NCBI RefSeq assembly: GCF_006345805.1
Contig: NC_043002.1
Coordinates: 99,138,001-99,202,000 of the forward strand
Reading direction: 5' to 3'
From: Octopus sinensis
Lineage: Eukaryota
Length of the DNA stretch: 64,000 nt
Shown here: in pieces, positions 52,597 to 64,000 of the stretch
Layout: every line of letters begins with the position of its first letter
How positions within the stretch are numbered: the first letter of the stretch is position 1
Notes under the pieces: generated by a model
The model's database searches: none
Told to the model about the DNA's origin: nothing
The model's input: the letters and a program-made list of their open reading frames with translations, nothing else
Position numbers and translations under genes: made by a program

Positions 52597-54342
52597 TAAA
52601 GACAAAATCCCGATGCGAATGTCGTCGCACATAATTTTGATGCTGATACCGCTGGAAATACAACATAAAATGCTATAAATTGATTAACAACGAGATACTC
52701 ACCATTATGCTGCTTCTTCGCTCTCCTACTATTAATTCCAATACTTATGCAAAGTATGAAGATACCACCATACTCAGAAAAACTTCATGCAGCAATTTCT
52801 TCCTTAAATACTTCCTCCGTACTTTGCCTTTATTTGTAAGCAATTCACCCCATTTTTTTTCTAAAACTGCAACTCTGTAAAATTGTTTTCTTGCACACAT
52901 TTTACGATTATCAGAAATTTTCAAAAGTTTATATTGAACAACTATCAATCTTTTGCAAGGTCATTTAAAATGAGGGGAAATTTATGTTTATAGATTAAGT
53001 TTACTAATCCCCTTTGACAACCTAAATAATTGTTTATATACAATCAAAATTAATATGTATACGATTTTCCTTGAAATGAAAACACGTCTCTGTAAGCCAT
53101 TAACTTCAATGTTGTTCCTTAGCAGATATTAAGAAGTGCATTTGCGACCTGTATCATAGCGGTTGCCTGTTCATGACTTCGTTGGAGGTAAAATAAAGCA
53201 AATTAATTATGCATTTCGTAAGTAAACTTTTAGAAACAAAAAATATTTTCAATTCAAACTTTTTATGGAAAAATATATATTAAAGTATCCTATTGGCTTA
53301 TGAACAGCTCTTGCGTGTAACAGAACTATAAAGAATTCGTTTTTCTAGAAATTTATATATAGTAAGAATTGGAATGAGGACGACTGGAGGTGGTTGTGTG
53401 GAGTCTAGTGATTTAGCACGGATTTAGCTCATATTGAACAGTAACCGATTCGATTGGTTTCCCATCTCACAGCTACTAGAGAAACCTGAACAGGAAATGA
53501 ATTCGAAATGGGGAGAAAATACTGAGTGTAGTGATTATAAATGATCTGGAGTTGTGGTGAGAATATTTTTGCAGGTAGATGTTAGGTGAAGCTGGAATAA
53601 AACCAGCTTGCACCGAGGTGTTTAGGCCTCAACAGTATTTGTAGAAAAGTCTAAGTGAGAAGAATGAACCTGGGTTTTTGCCAATTTCATACTGATCATT
53701 ATCATGAACTTACAGAAAGTTTTGATTGTAGGTTAGGAATTTATCAGAGCTAACGAAATTTCTTATTTGGAAAAGGATTATTTTGGACATGATTACGGGA
53801 ATATAATTTGTGTGTTTGGCATTAGATATTTTGATATTTGACACATCTGATGGTTCGTGAAAGGTCAATGCGTTATGTCTGACTTAATGCTGCAGTGTCA
53901 TTGTCATTTCGCATTAGACCAGCCCTTATCAAACAAACCTTTGGCAAAATGAACCAGCTACCTCTTGCTGTTTGACACATGCAGCATAAAGTTTACACAT
54001 CCATTCTATTTCTTTATACTTTAGAGAAACTTGGTCGCAATTTCCAGCACATAGGCTAGGCAATGGTTCTTCTCTTGGATCGAATGCAAGGATGTCGCTT
54101 ATATATTTGATGAAATATTAACTTGTATTTCCCCATTGTTATGAGCTTGTTACACGAACACTGGTGTTAATTCTTGACATAGAAATCTGACGTTGGAGTG
54201 GATTTAGTAAGGAACAAAGGGCTGCATTATCGATATACAAATGTATATCTGTTGTAAGAAATACGACGAATACGGGTATTGAATTATTCACCCCACTACA
54301 ATATATATATACACACACTTATATATGTATATAAATATATAC

Positions 54343-54488
54343 AGGACTGGCTGTGTGGTAAGAAGCTTACTTCGCAACCACATGGTTTCGGGTTCAGTTC
54401 CACTGCATGGCAACTTGGGCTAGTGTCATCCACTATAGCATTGGGCCGACTACAGCCTTGTGAGTGAATTTGTGAGACGGCAGCATAG

Positions 54489-54546
<58 letters not shown>

Positions 54547-54791
54547 ATGTGTGTGTGTGTGTTTGTGTGTGTTTATGTATTTGTGTGTCTGTTTTTGTCC
54601 CTCCATCATCGCTTGATAACCAACGTTGTTGGGTTTACCTCCCCGTGTCTTAGCGGTTCAGCAATAGTGACCGATAGAATAACATATTACAACGAATATG
54701 TTTTGGCGTCGATTTGTTCGACTAAATGCGGTGCTCCAACACGGCCGGAGTCAATTGACAGAAGCAGGTAAAAGAATAAAAGTATAAAAGA

Positions 54792-54858
<67 letters not shown>

Positions 54859-55100
54859 ATGTGTGTGTGTGTGTTTGTGTGTGTTTATGTATTTGTGTGT
54901 CTGTTTTTGTCCCTCCATCATCGCTTGATAACCAACGTTGTTGGGTTTACCTCCCCGTGTCTTAGCGGTTCAGCAATAGTGACCGATAGAATAACATATT
55001 ACAACGAATATGTTTTGGCGTCGATTTGTTCGACTAAATGCGGTGCTCCAACACGGCCGGAGTCAATTGACAGAAGCAGGTAAAAGAATAAAAGTATAAA
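54343..55100 (+). mobile_element. SINE family A with an exact 312-bp tandem duplication of its 3' half
   Basis: ctccatcatcgcttgataacc at 54601 and 54913. Confidence 0.85.
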
Positions 55101-55101
55101 A

Positions 55102-55132
<31 letters not shown>

Positions 55133-55134
<2 letters not shown>

Positions 55135-55552
55135 CGCAGGAGTGGCTGTGTGGTAAGTAGCTTGCTTACCAACCACATGGTTCCGGGTTCAGTTCCACTG
55201 CGTGGCATCTTGGGCAAGTGTCTTCTGCTATAGCCCCGGGCCGACCAATGCCTTGTGAGTGGATTTGGTAGACGGAAACTGAGAGAAGCCTGTCGTATAT
55301 ATGTATGTATATTTATATATGTATGTGTGTGTGTGTGTGTTTGTGTGTCTGTGTTTGTGCCCCACCAACATCGCTTGACAACCGATGCTGGTGTGTTTAC
55401 GTCCCCGTCACTTAGCGGTTGGGCAAAATAGACCGATAGAATAAGTACTAGGCTTACAAAGAATAAGTCCCGGGGTCGATTTGCTCTACTAAAGGCGGTG
55501 CTCCAGCATGGCCGCAGTCAAATGACTGAAACAAGTAAAAGAGTAAAAGAGT
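55133..55552 (+). mobile_element. tRNA-derived SINE family A, full length and young
   Basis: Consensus-like head and tail. Confidence 0.93.
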
Positions 55553-55557
55553 ATATA

Positions 55558-56532
55558 CGAGAGGAAGTCAAAAATTATCCGCAGCTTCACCATATCATAT
55601 CTTTATTATTGTCACACTGCCTTCTGGGCATGCGTGCTTATAGTTAAGTCTATGGTGGACACGTGATCGAAGTTTGAGCCTGATCGCAGTATTTTTTCTT
55701 TCTGGCTTTACAGTGCAATCATGGCCGCACCATTAGCAATGTGTACCACAGAAGAACAAAGAGGACTGATCCAATTCCTCTGGTCGGAATGTAAGTTCGG
55801 CTCCCATAAGTGGGGGGGGGGCCAAGTCGGCTTACTGTAGAGCACAAGCGCAAATGTCTTGCGGTCTGCTAACGTTCACTCGATCGCTACAACAATGAGG
55901 GCAAGGAGGTTTTGAGCAGAATTGTCACAGGAGATGAAACTTGGGTCCATCATTACGAGGCTGAATCCAAAAGACAGAGTATGGAATGGAAACATTCTTG
56001 CTAGGCAGCGACGAAGAAATTTAAGAATCAGTCTTCCACTGGAAAAGGTGATGCTAACCCATCCAATTTGGGGGACTCAAAAGGGCCTATACTGGAAGAC
56101 AACCTGGAAACGGGGTGTACGATCAACAGTGCAAGACAGTGATTTTCTGGTCAACAAACTGAAGCCACCAATTCGCACCAACGCCGAAGAGTATTGTCGA
56201 AGAAAGGTTTGATGTTGCATGAAAATGCACGCCCCATACGGCCGCCCAGACCACTGAAACCATTTAGCAATTGTGCTAAAAGGCTGCGCTGAATGTCAGC
56301 ACTTTCCGACCAGAGAAATTGGATCACTGCTCTTTGTTCTTCTTTGGTGCACTTTACTAGTAGAGCGGCCATGCTTACACTGTCAAGCCAGAGAGAAAAG
56401 CGGCGTGATCAGGCTCGAACTTTGACTACCTGACCCCAATAGTACCAGCTAAAAGCACGCATGCGCAGAAGGCAGTGTGTTGATAATGATTATATGTTAT
56501 GTCGAAAGCGGATAATTTTTGACTTCCCTTGG
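55558..56532. mobile_element. Mariner derivative with two inverted 5' ends (about 240-bp TIRs) and an internal catalytic-domain remnant
   Basis: TA-flanked; both arms encode MAA.L..CT.EEQR..IQFLWSE; the interior reads LSRIVTGDETWVHHYEAESKRQSMEWKH. Confidence 0.88.
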
Positions 56533-56538
56533 TATACA

Positions 56539-56588
<50 letters not shown>

Positions 56589-56595
<7 letters not shown>

Positions 56596-56712
56596 ATCAC
56601 GTGACCGACCAGACCATCAGTTGATATTACACATCGCTGGTCACAATGCGTTCGCATTGTTTTTTTTAACCTTCGAATGGCGCCACCCCGCTGGCTAAGC
56701 GAGCAGGCCAAT
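56589..56712 (-). repeat. Second copy of the 120-bp element at 23901-24022
   Basis: Reverse-complement match; inserted in (TA)n. Confidence 0.75.
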
Positions 56713-56729
56713 ATATATATATATCTATA

Positions 56730-56764
<35 letters not shown>

Positions 56765-57152
56765 AAGAAAGGCAGAAATAACAAACGTCTCTGATTATAT
56801 AACCACTTGATTCAGAAAATAAATACAACGATATTGTAAACTAATTGTTGTTTCGAGGAAATTATTTTTCAAAAGAAGTACGAAATATAAATGAAAGAAA
56901 ACAATCTCGAACCTAATTCTCGTGTTCAACAAAACCTGTTTGAAATATGATCTATTTAAACATACATACACATCTGCAATTCAGACAGCGTATGCGAACA
57001 CGATTCACACACGCGCCTTGCGCATGCACACTCACACACACACGTGTGTGTAGGTGTGTGTTTATGCATGTGTATATGTATACGCATATTTTGTGTTTAT
57101 AAATACATAAAGGTTTGTGTGTGTATACACACACACACATATATATATATAC

Positions 57153-57315
57153 AGGCGTAGACGTGGCTGTGTGGTAGGGAGCTTGCTTCCCTGCCACATG
57201 GTTCCAGGTTCAATTTCTCTGCGTGCACCCTTGGGCAAGTGTCTTCTTCTATAGCCTCCCTCCGACCGAGTTTTTGTGAGTGGATTTGGTAGACGGAAAC
57301 TGAAAGAAGTCCGTC

Positions 57316-57380
<65 letters not shown>

Positions 57381-57540
57381 GTGTGTGTATGTGTGTGTGT
57401 GTGTATATGTTTCTGTGTCTGTGTTTGTCCCCCACCCACCATCGCTTGACAACCGATGTTGGTGTGATTACGTCACCGTAACTTAGCGGTTCGGCTAACG
57501 ACACCGATAGTATAAGTACTACGCTTCCAAAGATTAAGTC
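57153..57540 (+). mobile_element. tRNA-derived SINE family A
   Basis: ggcgtagacgtggctgtgtggtaggg..ggttcaatt head; conserved body. Confidence 0.88.
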
Positions 57541-58004
57541 TTTGTTTTGATTTATTCGTGCTCTACCATTTCCAACTATTTGGTCTCTTCCCTTAAGGAA
57601 GAAGCTGGATTTTGAACAAAAACACAAATCTTCATCCCTAGAATGTACATAGTAGAAACAATCTTACTCTGTGAACTTCAGATAACTTGTAAAAATTTTT
57701 ACTGTTCTGCTGTCAGATTGTAATGTGCGTGTTTTACGGTTAAATCGTATTATTTATGAGCGCAAAATCCCATCTTTCGCATGCAATGCATGTATGTAAG
57801 TTCGTGCCGATTTATAGTTGCTTACCTTTCGACTTATTTTAGAACATGGTTGAGTCCATAAAATAGGATTTCACTATACTTCCATCTAGAGCACAGCTTA
57901 AGCTATCTTTTCATGGAAGAAGATTTATGATCCTATAACCAGTGTTAATTTTGTAACCTTTTAAAATAGAATATAAGAAAGTTCATTTTCAGGAATTGAT
58001 GCTT

Positions 58005-58350
58005 TGGGAACCAGATAAAAATTGCTGCAGATCGGCTGGGATGTGTTACCCCACCCGCCATATTCACGGGATATTGCTCCTCCGGATTTCCAATCATTCA
58101 GGTCTCTGTAGAATAGTCTTAAAAGTAAAAAAAATCAATTTCTTGGATGATGAAAAAAGATACCTTGATGAATTCTTTGCCATGAAACTACCTCAATTCT
58201 GGGAAGAGGGTAGTTTTAAGTTAATGGAAAGATGGTGACGCATCGTGCAACAAAATGGTTCATATTTGGTTGATTAAAAATGTAATGGCAAATATTTATT
58301 GACCTTTTTCTTTCCTTTAAAAATCGGCACGAACTTTCCGGACAACCCAA
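58005..58350 (+). mobile_element. Mariner 3' fragment with right TIR
   Basis: GWDVLPHPPYSRDIAPPDFQSFRSL..FWEEGSFKLMERW..NGSY (YSPDLAPSD motif); ends gaactttccggacaacccaa-TA. Confidence 0.9.
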
Positions 58351-58986
58351 TATATATATAATTAATTAAAGGACACACCAAGTATATCTATCTGTTGGAA
58401 ATAACAGACAAAAGTCTTATTTAAATCGCTAAAATACACTCATCATAACAACAGAAATCCATTGTCCGAAGGTAAACGGATGAAGACAATCTCTCAGCAT
58501 GCATTCAAGTATTTGAACTCACGTGGATCGGTTTCTGGACTGGCATAATAATAGCCTCACACTCCTCAGCACGATGACATAATATGATTCATAAGTTATA
58601 AGATTTACATTTCGCTCCAGGTTAGCTGCTGGCGGTATTATGGAGTGTTGCTAGTAGTTCCCAAGCATTGGCGAAGTGAGGATTCTTGTGGTGAGGAATT
58701 GGTGGATAAAAGCATAAAAAATACGAAGAATCTAATGTAATTGGCTGGAGGGAGTGTTTGTGGAATTGGATTAACATCTCCTAATGCGTGTGGAGACCTT
58801 TGATAGCTGGCTATGGCAGTCAAGCGTGAAAGAGTGGTCCTTAGACTTGATGGCTTCTTACACCGACACACATACAGACACACAGATATATATATATATA
58901 TATGTATATACGGACGAAGACAAGCACTCACACAAAATCGACGCAATCACGCACCCAAGCAAATAATACATGCACACACACATATA

Positions 58987-59121
58987 GAGTAATGCCTCGA
59001 TATACGAGTTAATTCGTTCCCGGAGAGCGCTCGTAAAGCGAAAACTCGTAAACAAAATAAACTCCTAAAATGTAAACCTGGGATCCCATAATGTGGGTCC
59101 TCGTAAAGTGAGGTATTACTG
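58987..59121. mobile_element. Pogo/Tigger-like MITE (135 bp)
   Basis: TA-flanked TIRs gagtaatgcctcgatatacgag / ctcgtaaagtgaggtattactg. Confidence 0.7.
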
Positions 59122-59129
59122 TATATATA

Positions 59130-59182
<53 letters not shown>

Positions 59183-59275
59183 TGTATATATAATATAGAT
59201 GTAAGTATGTACATATATGTATGAATATATGCATATGTTTTATATATATATATGTATGTGTGTATGCATGTATAA

Positions 59276-59337
<62 letters not shown>

Positions 59338-59716
59338 GATATATATTATATAAATGGAATAAAAACGCAATAGAGGGTATTAAAACGTTCGGACAGATAG
59401 ATGATACAAAGGTGGACAAGAGAAACAACAATTAGAAGCACAGGTAAAAACGATGAATCTTCTTGGCTTCCTTCATCACTCAAGTCCCAAAAGTCACGAC
59501 CATTTCGGGCAGTTACGCTTGAGATGGATCGATCTGGTTACCTGCCAAAAACTCTAGGCTAAGAGCACTAGACTCGTTTGTAAGAAAGCTAGCGAATATG
59601 TACGGCAACAAAGACAAAAGGAAAATAAATAAACAAAAAGCGCAGAGTATGGTACACAATTACGAATACAAACAAGAAATAACAACAGGCGTCTTTCGAC
59701 TGAGAAAGAATCAAAT
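59122..59716 (-). repeat. Left arm of an inverted duplication of about 600 bp (right arm about 61400-61978)
   Basis: Reverse-complement match that includes the (TA)n tracts. Confidence 0.9.
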
Positions 59717-61098
59717 CGATGCTTGCTACAGGAGGACTGGTAACCATTACAATTTGTAGCGGCGAAAGGTCTGGACGTTGTTTTCTGAGGCTGACCAAAG
59801 AATTTTTATTTTTAGATATAAATGATGTACTCAAGTGTAGTTATGTTTTTAGCTTGTGCTTTTTCCATGATCATACGTGAGTATTTTATTTATATCCCAT
59901 CGAAATTTCTACTGAAGAAGGAATATATCTTTTTTTATAAGATTAAGTCCGAAATTGATTCATATAGATGATAACGAAATTTAAATTTTCTAAAGGTTAG
60001 TTGCCCGTTTTCAGTTTCAATTTTCCTGTAACAAGCGGATTATAAGTGGATAAAACAGTGTATTTGGCTTTAGAATAACCCTCTTTAGCCCTTAATTATA
60101 TGATGTATATTGCAACCGTAACGGTTTTTTTAAATATACTGCCCACGCTTCCTGATGAATTCCTTTGCTGTAGAGTAAGGGACTTCATCCTATATTGCTT
60201 AGCTAGTAAACTCGATGCTTGCTACAGGAGGACTGGTAACCATTACAATTTGTAGCGGCGAAAGGTCTGGACGTTGTTTTCTGAGGCTGACCAAAGAATT
60301 TTTATTTTTCAGATATAATGATGTACTCAAGTGTAGTTATGTTTTTACTTGTGCTTTTTCCATGATCATACGTGAGTATTTTATTTTATTTATATCCCAT
60401 CGAAATTTCTACTGAAGAAGAATATATCTTTTTTTATAAGATTAAGTCCGAAATTGATTCAATATAGAGATAACGAAATTTAAATTTTCTAAAGGTTAGT
60501 TGCCCGTTTTCAGTTTCAATTTTCCTGTAACAAGCGGATTATAAGTGGATAAAACAGTTGTATTTGGCTTTAGAATAACCCTCTTTAGCCCTTAATTATA
60601 TGATGTATATTGCAACCGTAACGGTTTTTTTAAATATACTGCCCACGCTTCCTGATGAATTCCTTTGCTGTAGAGTAAGGGACTTCATCCTATATTGCTT
60701 AGTAGTAAACTCGATGCTTGCTACAGGAGGACTGGTAACCATTACAATTTGTAGCGGCGAAAGGTCTGGACGTTGTTTTCTGAGGCTGACCAAAGAATTT
60801 TTATTTTTAGATATAAATGATGTACTCAAGTGTAGTTATGTTTTTAGCTTGTGCTTTTTCCATGATCATACGTGAGTATTTTATTTATATCCCATCGAAA
60901 TTTCTACTGAAGAAGGAATATATCTTTTTTTATAAGATTAAGTCCGAAATTGATTCAATATAGAGATAACGAAATTTAAATTTTCTAAAGGTTAGTTGCC
61001 CGTTTTCAGTTTCAATTTTCCTGTAACAAGCGGATTATAAGTGGATAAAACAGTGTATTTGGCTTTAGAATAACCCTCTTTAGCCCTTAATTATATGA
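59716..61098 (+). mobile_element. Tandem array of about 2.8 x 497-bp non-coding units, one hammerhead per unit (retrozyme-like)
   Basis: tcgatgcttgctacagg at 59716, 60212 and 60711; CTGAAGA at 59912, 60412 and 60907. Confidence 0.85.
60900..60967 (+). ncRNA. Type I hammerhead ribozyme (best of three tandem copies)
   Basis: atttcta-CTGAAGA-a gga..tcc-GAAA-ttgattcaa-TA-tagagat; near-palindromic helix III ATTGA-T-TCAAT, 7-bp helix I. Confidence 0.72.
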
Positions 61099-61119
61099 TA
61101 TATATATATATATATATGT

Positions 61120-61762
61120 ATTCCCCCTCTCATTTTCCTTCTTTTTTCCCGCTCCCCCATCCTCATATTCCTTGGCCCTCTCTTTAACTCTCACTATTTC
61201 CCACACGGTTATCCCCCCTTTACCTTTCTCTTAGTCTCGGATTTTTTCTAATCCTTCAGGCCCGCTGCCTCCTACCCATTTCTCCTCCTGCCCGGGCAGC
61301 CATGGTCTTTCGTTTTTGGACTGACTGCCGACCGACAACACCTCGTGTCCGTCTCCCATTTTCCTGCCTTTAGGCTTTCACTTTATACACGCCAGCTCAA
61401 TTTGATTCTTTCTCAGTCGAAAGACGCCTGTTGTTATTTCTTGTTTGTATTCGTAATTGTGTACCATGCTCTGCGCTTTTTGTTTATTTATTTTCCTTTT
61501 TGTCTTTGTTGCCGTACATATTCGCTAGCTTTCTTACAAACGAGTCTAGTGCTCTTAGCCTAGAGTTTTTGGCAGGTAACCAGATCGATCCATCTCAAGC
61601 GTAACTGCCCGAAATGGTCGTGACTTTTGGGACTTGAGTGATGAAAGGAAGCCAAGAAGATTCATCGTTTTTACCTGTGCTTCTAATTGTTGTTTCTCTT
61701 GTCCACCTTTGTATCATCTATCTGTCCGAACGTTTTAATACCCTCTATTGCGTTTTTATTCC

Positions 61763-61770
<8 letters not shown>
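61120..61770 (+). repeat. Interspersed repeat, same family as 19570-20345
   Basis: Shared sequence blocks. Confidence 0.75.
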
Positions 61771-61811
<41 letters not shown>

Positions 61812-61920
61812 ATATATACATTTATACATGCATACACACATACATATATATATATATAAAACATATGCATATATTCATACATATATGTACATACTTACAT
61901 CTATATGTATATATACATGC

Positions 61921-61980
<60 letters not shown>

Positions 61981-62228
61981 TACATAACACCACAAATAAA
62001 CGTAGAACACAACAAGAAACGAAAATATAAAATCAAACAAGGAAACGGACTTTTTTTAACAACGAAAAAACAGTAGAAAAAACAGTACAAATAAAGAATA
62101 ACAGGACAAGGAAACCAACAATAAGGGACTTTTTAGGCCTAGACGGTGGAAAATTTAGTTAGAACGCATGTGAAAAATCGGCTTGCGAAAGACAGAGAAG
62201 TCGATGTATGCTTGTTGAAAGCACGAGC

Positions 62229-62260
<32 letters not shown>

Positions 62261-62479
62261 CATATATATATGTCGTTGCTATTATGTTAAACTGTCGTAT
62301 GTCCAAATTTGTCAAAGAGTAGTAAAACGGTGGTGTTGCTATTGATTGGTGAAAGTAATTTTTCGTTTTCCTGAAGCGCAATGTTCTGGACTTACGACGC
62401 CTTTGCATAATAGCAACTATATGCGAGGCCAGATGAATAATTATCCGGACTGGTGTCATGTAATGAAGCTAATGCACAC

Positions 62480-62590
62480 AGAATAAAGCCGCTTCGTGAA
62501 ATAATGTGCCTTGCTCAAGAATACAACACACAAATCGGTCTGGGAATCGAACTCGCTAGCTCATGATTGTGAGCTCGACGCTCTAATCCT
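62480..62590 (-). mobile_element. SINE family D-like head fragment
   Basis: gtgccttgctcaagaatacaacac..gggaatcgaactc..gagctcgacgctcta. Confidence 0.6.
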
Positions 62591-62639
62591 AACACCAAAG
62601 AATAATTAAGAAGCAAGGTCTGCAAATACTTGCTCTTCA

Positions 62640-64000
62640 ACATATACCTCGTTTTGTGGTACACTGTTATTACGACGAACCTCGTCTAATATGTGGCACT
62701 TGGTGAAGAATGGAGTTTGATAATAGCTACTCTCATTTACACCTCTTGCCGTGAGGTAGGTTCATATGGGACTCTTGACAGGAAGATGTCCAGCTTTGAT
62801 TTAAAAACCGCTACATCTACTTTGTAAAGTTCCTCAGACTCTTTGGGAGAATATTAAAACGCTGTGGGCCCTTGAAACATAGGCTGTTGCAGAAGCTGGT
62901 CCTGAAGCGTGATGGCATTGCTGGGATCTTTGGCACTATGCAGTGTCGTCCCGTTCTAGCATTGGTGTAGCTTACAATGCCAAAATTTGGCACAATTCCT
63001 TCCATGATCTTCCAGACATATATTACTGCATACCTCTCCCGTCTTCTCTCCAGGGAGTAGAGTCTTAGCTGTTTCAACCTTTCCCAGTAGCTGAGCTGTT
63101 GCAAAGAGATGATCTTCTTTGTAAATCTTCTCTGGATTGCTTCAAGGTCCGCTGTTAATTTTACACTGGTGGATGACCATAGCTGTGAGCAGTAATCCAA
63201 GCGACTGAGGACGAATGTCCGCCAGAAGACCATCATGGCTTCCTTATCTCTGGTTCTGAATGTTCTTAGGATCCACCCAGCCAGTCGTCTGCACTTTGTC
63301 GCCATCTTGGCAATGTGCACTGGGAAAGATGTATCATCATTCATGTCGATACCCAGGTCTCTCACAGACTTAGGCTCTGGGTTTGAAATTCCCTGTGGAC
63401 CGGTGTATCCTGTAAGTTTAATATTGAGTTTTGGATGCTGGTAGCGCAGGGCCTGGAATTTTTCAGCATTAAACTGCATATTATTATCCTCAGCCCATCT
63501 GTAGATTGAGTGCAACTCCTGCTGCAGGTGTGCAACATCGCTGGGGTTCTGTATTTTCTGCGAGACTTTCGTATCGTCTGCATAGCTGGCCAGAGTGGCT
63601 ATCCGGGCATTTGAGGGCATATCTGAGAGGGCCACTATAAAAAGCAGTGGTCCCAAGACAGTGCCCTGTGGAACACCGCTCACTATTTGTGTGTTCATAG
63701 AGGTGGCTCCATTAACCACTACTGCCTGACTCCTATCTTTCAGGAAGTCATGCAACCATACTCCAAGTTTTCCAGCTATGCCAAGGTCACGTAATTTGTG
63801 GCTTATCATACCATGATCCACCTTGTCAAAAGCTTTTGCAAAATCAAGGTAGATTACGTCCACATTTGATTTGTTGAGTAACTGCCTCAACACCCAGTCA
63901 TAATGCTGTAAGAGCTGGGTCAGGCAGCTCCTACCTGGTCGAAAACCATGCTGGGTATCACTCAGCAAGTTATTTTCCTCAAGGAATGCGATTTGTTTCT
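62640..64000 (-). mobile_element. CR1/L2-group LINE, reverse transcriptase region (runs off the window end)
   Basis: ORF 62817-63968: QHGFRPGRSC, YLDFAKAFDKVDH, SGVPQGTVLGPLLF, YADD, RDLGI, LYSLERRRER; frameshifted tail FKSKLDIFLSRVP. Confidence 0.95.

Larger units (their letters stand above)
51370..53035 (-). mobile_element. Penelope-like retroelement relic (GIY-YIG remnant plus HHR-bearing 3' region)
   Basis: See the GIY-YIG relic at 52298-52596 and the HHR variant at 51513-51647 on the same strand. Confidence 0.75.

Noticed and set aside
53370-53560. Tc1 transposase relic (DLAHIE resembling DLNPIE)
   Set aside because: Too degenerate, and no TIR identified
60152-60275. Second hammerhead in the 497-bp unit (CTGATGA at 60152 and 60652)
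   Set aside because: I could not pair a convincing helix I or II with the downstream GAAA

Overview
AT-rich, microsatellite-dense animal DNA. The mix of tRNA-derived SINEs and repeats suggests a cephalopod such as Octopus (inference, not verified). There is a 100-N gap at 28348-28447 and no confidently intact host gene. The window is a mosaic of at least four tRNA-derived SINE families, RTE-, CR1- and Tx1/L1-type LINE fragments, three mariner relics, a pogo-like MITE and a Penelope-like GIY-YIG relic. The main result of manual reading is about 17 minimal type I hammerhead-ribozyme (HHR) motifs, intact or decayed, from roughly 10 different repeat families. Several sit in non-coding 350-540 bp tandem, terminally redundant or fold-back units that resemble retrozymes or Penelope pLTRs, and most have a family-specific palindromic helix III. 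There are also two TSD-flanked ORF1-only (half-LINE) retroelements that share an unexplained C-terminal domain; one is inserted just upstream of a ribozyme and the other inside a SINE head. Two copies of a Tx1-like LINE are both embedded in (TCTA)n arrays. All folds and alignments were done by eye, so coordinates may be off by a few bases.
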